Of a stretch of DNA of 64,000 bases, positions 58,041-64,000 are shown piece after piece. The stretch is from assembly GCF_031769215.1 (NCBI RefSeq), contig NW_026782349.1, positions 303,634 through 367,633 on the forward strand, given 5' to 3'. Within the stretch, counting starts at the first letter, position 1. Every line of letters starts with the position of its first letter. The stretch comes from Ylistrum balloti (Eukaryota). The notes beneath the pieces were generated by a model that worked only from the letters and a program-made list of their open reading frames with translations, searched no databases and was not told the DNA's origin. The position numbers and the translations under genes are program-made.

Positions 58041-61000
58041 GAGCAATAGATGCAAATATAACATGCTCTATATAAAAAAACACCACAAAGAGATTTTATT
58101 CATTGACATTAGAAGACATGATTTCACTGTTGTCTTTAAAGGGTTTGACATTTTAACTTCAAGTTGGTGATTAATCTACTTTGTTCAATGACAGGAGATG
58201 TAATTTGGACCCCAAGATGACAACATATGACAACATGTGACAACAAATTGTATTCCTTCAATTAATGGCAACTTACATTTTTTTGTTTTCAGTTTGAAAA
58301 TTTTGTATGTGTTAATTTTTCATGTTTTGTTGTTTTATATGTTTATATTTGGGTGATGTATATAAGTTTAGAGCTAAATTCTGACCATATATTCAGTAAC
58401 AAATTATCTTTGATGTTTCACCGTTCTCTAGTTAGCATTACCATTCAGCCATTGCTTAAATGTCATGTTTATAGTTTGTTACTGGACTTCAATATTTCAA
58501 GTTTATTTCGTTGAATTAGCCTTCAGTAATCAACATTACAATTTATATTTTGCATTCTTTTTTAACTTCATTTACTTAACAGTCTTATACTGAGTTCTCA
58601 ACAAATATTTCTCATACTATAATTTATCACTTGTTGTAGAAATATGACAGCTTACGTAGAGTACTAACTTGTCATTTCAGTACCTGTGACAACCCCAACA
58701 CAAACACACATGTGTGACGTATTTAGCCGTCACTGCTCCAGGTTAGATGTGACATCACTACCTTTTCAACACCTCTGATTTGTCTTTGATTGACATACAC
58801 GTGCGTCAGGTGTAAATAAAACATTTACTTACGTATATATGTTACTATGAATAGTTATGGTGGCCTTGAGATCAATTTTAGAAATATTTATTACCATGAT
58901 GACCATCGTAAGTCAACACTACATTTTGCTCAAGTCAGGATTTGCCTTCCTGGTGATGCTACAACATACAGAGATAAAACACTTGCCCTAGTTGTTTTGC
59001 ACATGTAAAGAAAATCCGTTATTTTGCAAGTGGTTATATGTAAAATGGAAGGAAGGAATTTCCTGAACCTAAAGAACATTATTGTAACTTTAACCTTGTG
59101 TTGTTTCTGATTTACATGTATTTAATACCACAGGAGACACATGTTTTACTAAAGGCTATGTGTCAAATTTATTTTAAGCCGGAAGATTCAAACATGTTGA
59201 TTTAGGCTAATGTATCACATTCACCTTAGAATTTCATTGTTCATATGGTACGAAAGGAAATGATTTTTTGCACATTTGGAAAACATGGTGTTATATGTAT
59301 GATATAGTGTAATTATTGATTTTTATGTAAACAATGTGGAAAAAATTCTATAAGTCATTGTATATATATGTCTATCTTAGGAACCAGTTTAATATATAAA
59401 GCTAGCAAGATCACCAGTTTCATGGTATTACTGTAACACACCTTTTTGTTAATGAGGTTGATAGAGGCAGGCATGGTTCTGCCTCCATGTCCATATGATA
59501 TAGTATTACTTATATTGAAAAAAAAAGTTACCTACATATTAAGGTACAAAATTCAATGCATGGTATTCAATATTCTAAATTTTAGATGCAAGCATTTATT
59601 CAAATCAATGTTTAATTCATAGACCAATCCGTAGCTCTAATGGGTTTATGCAAATGTTTTAGTTTTTTGTGTGCATTTTTAATTGCAGTTTTAAAATGAC
59701 AAATGATATTCTTTGTAAATAACTTAAAATTTAATGCCTTGTAAATAGTCCTTTATATAACTTATCATGATACCATAGTAATACAGAGATCATACATTCT
59801 TCAGTTTTTTACAGATTTAATATGTGGTTTGTACAGGATCATCATTAGTGTCTACAATAACTTATATATATAAATAAGAACTGTGATAAGACCATATTTA
59901 TCGTCAATAAAAAAATTAGTTTGTAAAAAGGGTTTTGTTTAAAATACATGTATAATACTTGTCTTTGCAAGTTTTTAATTATTTCAGGGTTTGTTATGCA
60001 TAAACTTATTATTGTGATAAAGAAATCAATGATTATTTTTTCTTTTTAAAGTAATCACATGAGTAACATTTTACTTGGAATAATGATAACAGTATGCTTA
60101 TGAAGTTGATGCTGTTGTTGATTATGATGAACAATTTGGGGACAATGTGAGTCCTTATCATCAAGAGGAGACTGCGACTTTTCCTTGACCCCGGTTTTAT
60201 ACTCATTAGTGAACCTATCAGGTTGAAACATCCTATCCTTGTTAATTTATGATTTTATACAGGCTGTAGGATCATTCCTGCAATAATATTTTTTTTCAAG
60301 TTTCTGTTTTTCTATTCTTCAATTTTAAGATCCCATAGTACATTATTGTTTAGAACGATCTTTTTAAAAATATTATCATTTAGCAGGTTTCTGTGTAAGT
60401 TGTGTAAATTAACACATTGATAAGGTCAATAATTTGCAAATTTTGGCATTTTTCCAATGTTTATTAAATCAATAGAACACTATCAGGGTAAAAATCTTCA
60501 GTAGATTTTAATTTTACAAATTCTTTTGAAAAAATCACAATTTTCTTTGTAAAACTGTAAGTTCTTCAAGATTTTGCGTAAAGTTTCTTATTTTTCAATG
60601 AAAAAAAATGAAAGCCATTAGAATTTCAAAAAGGCTGTAAATATACATTTAAATGCAACCTGCAAGCAATGAAGATTAAAGTTGAATATTATTAACTAAA
60701 GATTCAACGTTTTATACTATGTACACATGTAAATCTGACATGTTGGCTTCAAATCAGCAAGTACTCTCATGAATATAAGGAACATGATGTATGGTTAGGT
60801 GTGGAAGTATCTTAATGAATGAGAACTTCTGTTGTATGGAAGAATATCAAGATGGTTGATAGCTGGAAAGAATGAATCTAACAAAGTAAAGGAGAGTGGA
60901 GGAAAGGTTAACAAATGTATGATGAAGGTTAAAGTATGACTGGTGTATGAACACTTGTATGATAGGAAGAGTGTATGGCGAAATAGTGCTGTCTGTAAAG

Positions 61001-61556
61001 ATGTTAACACAGCAATCTTTCTTCTAGAAGGCTAAGTGGATAACAGTGTATAGATGTGATTATGTTGTACTTTATTGGGACAAATTCATTTGTCAAAATA
61101 AAGATTGATATGTTTTCAATTTTTTGGTTTTGTTTTACATAAAACAATACATATTTGTTACTGTGACCAAGTGAATATCAATTTACAGGTGTTAGTTTTC
61201 AGTAAATGGAGAACATGGTGATAGAATCACATGGATGTACCTACAGTTATATTAAATAGAATGTGAAGCATCAGCTGTGTATACATCAATCTACAGAGAC
61301 TTGCAAGCGCTGTTCCTGAAAAGTGTGAAAAGTGAGAGATAATGATAAACATATAATTACAAGAAAAGAAAAATGAGAAAAAGCAATATGACGGGAAACA
61401 TAAAAAGTTAGTGATTAAAATAAATCACTAGAATGGGTAGATATGATTACTACTGCTGCAATATTTTGTGCTCATTTGTTCAAATTTGTGCAGAATATCA
61501 CAGGAAATATTGAACTAAAAGTCAATGAAAAAAAAAATGACAAAATATACCACTGT

Positions 61557-64000
61557 AACACAGTAAACTTTCTGTTCCATAAGTGTAGACACATCCTGCT
61601 GATGTTCTGCAAGTGTAGACACATCCTACTGATGTTATGACAACGTAGACACTTCCTGCAGATGTTCTGCAATTGTAGACACATCCTGCTGATGTTCTGC
61701 AAGTGTAGACACATCCTACTGATGTTCTGCAAGTGTAGACACATCCTACTGATGTTCTGCAAGTGTAAACACATCCTGGTGATGTTCTGAGAGTGTAGAC
61801 ACATCCCTCTAATATTCTGCAGTGTAGACACATCCTTCTTATGTTCTGCAAGTGTAGACACATCCTTCTTATGTTCTGTAAGTGTAGACACATCCTACTG
61901 ATGTTCTGCAAGTGTAGACACATCCTTCTTATGTTCTGCAAGTGTAGACACATCCTTCTTATGTTCTGTAAGTGTAGACACATCCTGCTGATGTTCTGCA
62001 GTGTAGACACATTCTTCTGGTGTTCTGACAACGTAGACACTTCCTGCAGATGTTCTGCAAGTGTAAACACATCCTGCTGATGTTCTGCAAGTGTAGACAC
62101 ATCCCTCTGATTTTCTGCAAGTGTAGACACATCCTAAAGATGTTATGCAAGTGTAGAGACATCCTGCTGATGTTCTGCAAGTGTAGTCACTTCCTGTTGA
62201 TGTTCAGCAAGTGTAAACACATCCTGCTGATGTTCTGGAGTGTAGACACATTCTTCTGGTGTTCTGACAACGTAGACACTTCCTGCAGATGTTCTGCAAT
62301 TGTAGACACATCCCTCTGATGTTCTGCAAGTGTAGACACATCCCTCTGATGTTCTGCAAGTGTAGACACATCCCTCTGATGTTCTGCAGTATAGACACAT
62401 CCTTCTTATGTTCTGCAAGTGTAGACACATCCTTCTTATGTTCTGCAATTGTAGACACATCTTGCTGATGTTCTGCAAGTGTAAACACATCCTGCTGATG
62501 TTCTGCAAGTGTAGACACATCCTACTGATGTTCTGCAAGTGTAAACACATCCTACTGATGTTCAGCAAGTGTAAACACATCCTGCTGATGTTCTGGAGTG
62601 TAGACACATTCTTCTGGTGTTCTGACAGCGTAGACACTTCCTGCAGATGTTCTGCAATTGTAGACACATCTTGTTGATGTTCTCCAAGTGTAGACACATC
62701 CTACTGATGTTCTGCAAGTGTAAACACATCCTGGTGATGTTCTGCAAGTGTAGACACATCCCTCTGATGTTCTGCAAGTGTAGACACATCCTGCTGATGT
62801 TCTGCAAGTGTAAACACATCCTGCAGATGTTCTGACAACGTAGACACTTCCTGCAGATGTTCTGCAATTGTAGACACATCCTGCTGATGTTCTGCAAGTG
62901 TAGACACATCCTACTGATGTTCTGCAAGTGTAAACACATCCTGCTGATGTTCTGCAAGTGTAGACACATCCTACTGATGTTATGCAAGTGTAGAGACATC
63001 TTGTCGATGTTCTGCAAGTGTAGACACATCCTGTTGATGTTCTGCAAGTGTAGACACATCCTGTTGATGTTCTGCAAGTGTAGACACATCCTTCTTATGT
63101 TCTGCAAGTGTAGACACATCCTGCTGATGTTCTGCAAGTGTAGAGACATCTGATGTGCAAGTGTGATGTTCTGCAAGTGTAGACACATCCCTCTGATGTT
63201 CTGACAGCGTAGACACTTCCTGCAGATGTTCTGACAACGTAGACACATCCTGCAGATGTTCTGCAATTGTAGACACATGGTGCTGATGTTCTGCAAGTGT
63301 AAACACATCCTGCTGATGTTCTGCAAGTGTAGACACATCCTACTGATGTTCTGCAAGTGTAGAGACATCCTGCAGATGTTCTGCAATTGTAGACACATCT
63401 TGCTGATGTTCTGCAAGTGTAGACACATCCCTCTGATGTTCTGCAAGTGTAGACACATCTTGTTGATGTTCTGCAAGTGTAAACACATCCTGTTGATGTT
63501 CTGCAATTGTAAACACATGGTACTGATGTTCTGCAAGTGTAGACACATCCCTCTAATGTTCTGCAGTATAGACACATCCTTCTTATGTTCTGCAAGTGTA
63601 GACACATCCTTCTTATGTTCTGCAAGTGTAGACACATCCCTCTGATGTTCTGCAAGTGTAGATACATCCTACTGATGTTATGCAAGTGTAGAGACATCTT
63701 GTTGATGTTCTACAATTGTAGACACATCCTGCTGTTCTGCAAGTGTAAACACATCCTGCTGATGTTCTGCAAGTGTAGACACATCCCTCTGATGTTCTGC
63801 AAGTGTAGATACATCCTACTGATGTTATGCAAGTGTAGAGACATCTTGTTGATGTTCTGCAAGTGTAGACACATTCTTCTGGTGTTCTGACAACGTAGAC
63901 ACTTCCTGCAGATGTTCTGCAATTGTAGACACATCCTGCTGATGTTCTTCAAGTGTAGACACATCTTGTTGATGTTCTCCAAATGTAAACACATCCTGTT
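61557..64000. repeat. 30-bp satellite (ctgatgttctgcaagtgtagacacatcctg), at least 80 copies, continues past window end
   Basis: Near-perfect tandem copies with point variants; stop-free frames on both strands. Confidence 0.95.

Noticed and set aside
62143-63994. ORFs of 100-357 aa on both strands in the 30-bp satellite
   Set aside because: Same artefact: the stop-free unit is reiterated. Kept only as a low-interest finding to be excluded by codon-position analysis.
10047-64000. Regularly spaced repeats that superficially resemble CRISPR arrays
   Set aside because: Units are contiguous tandem copies without unique spacers. They sit in eukaryotic introns or intergenic DNA, with no cas genes. 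These are minisatellites/satellites.
1-64000. Prokaryotic-style defence or novel operon system
   Set aside because: The sequence is unambiguously eukaryotic: GT-AG introns, a 54-exon gene, Tc1 and LINE elements. No operonic gene cluster is present.

Overview
This window is eukaryotic (metazoan) DNA, AT-rich at about 35% GC, with spliceosomal introns. There are no prokaryotic operons or defence systems.

Most of the window (4243 to 46170, + strand) is a complete TEP1-like gene: telomerase/vault-associated protein 1. I reconstructed 54 coding exons with continuous reading phase, giving a protein of about 2750 aa. Its domains run in order: short N-terminal repeats, a TROVE/vWA region, DUF4062, a NACHT ATPase and a long WD40 array.

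A second gene lies head-to-head upstream on the - strand (1 to about 2350) and encodes a Ser/Asp-rich low-complexity protein. It runs off the window at position 1.

A Tc1/mariner DNA transposon sits inside TEP1 intron 21. Its 340-aa transposase ORF is uninterrupted, but the first catalytic Asp is replaced by Asn.

About 5 kb downstream of TEP1, on the - strand, is an apparently full-length non-LTR (LINE) retrotransposon with overlapping intact ORF1 (560 aa) and ORF2 (1177 aa; APE endonuclease, RT and a Cys-rich tail). An (AATG)n tail marks its 3' end.

The locus is unusually loaded with minisatellites, at least 20 arrays with units from 13 to 145 bp. Roughly a fifth of the TEP1 gene is intronic minisatellite. 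Three arrays begin exactly at exon/intron junctions and replicate the 5' splice site in tandem. The window ends inside a 30-bp satellite of at least 2.4 kb.

Coordinates are read by eye and may be off by 1 to 2 nt. The displayed sequence line starting at 6121 contains 61 letters.
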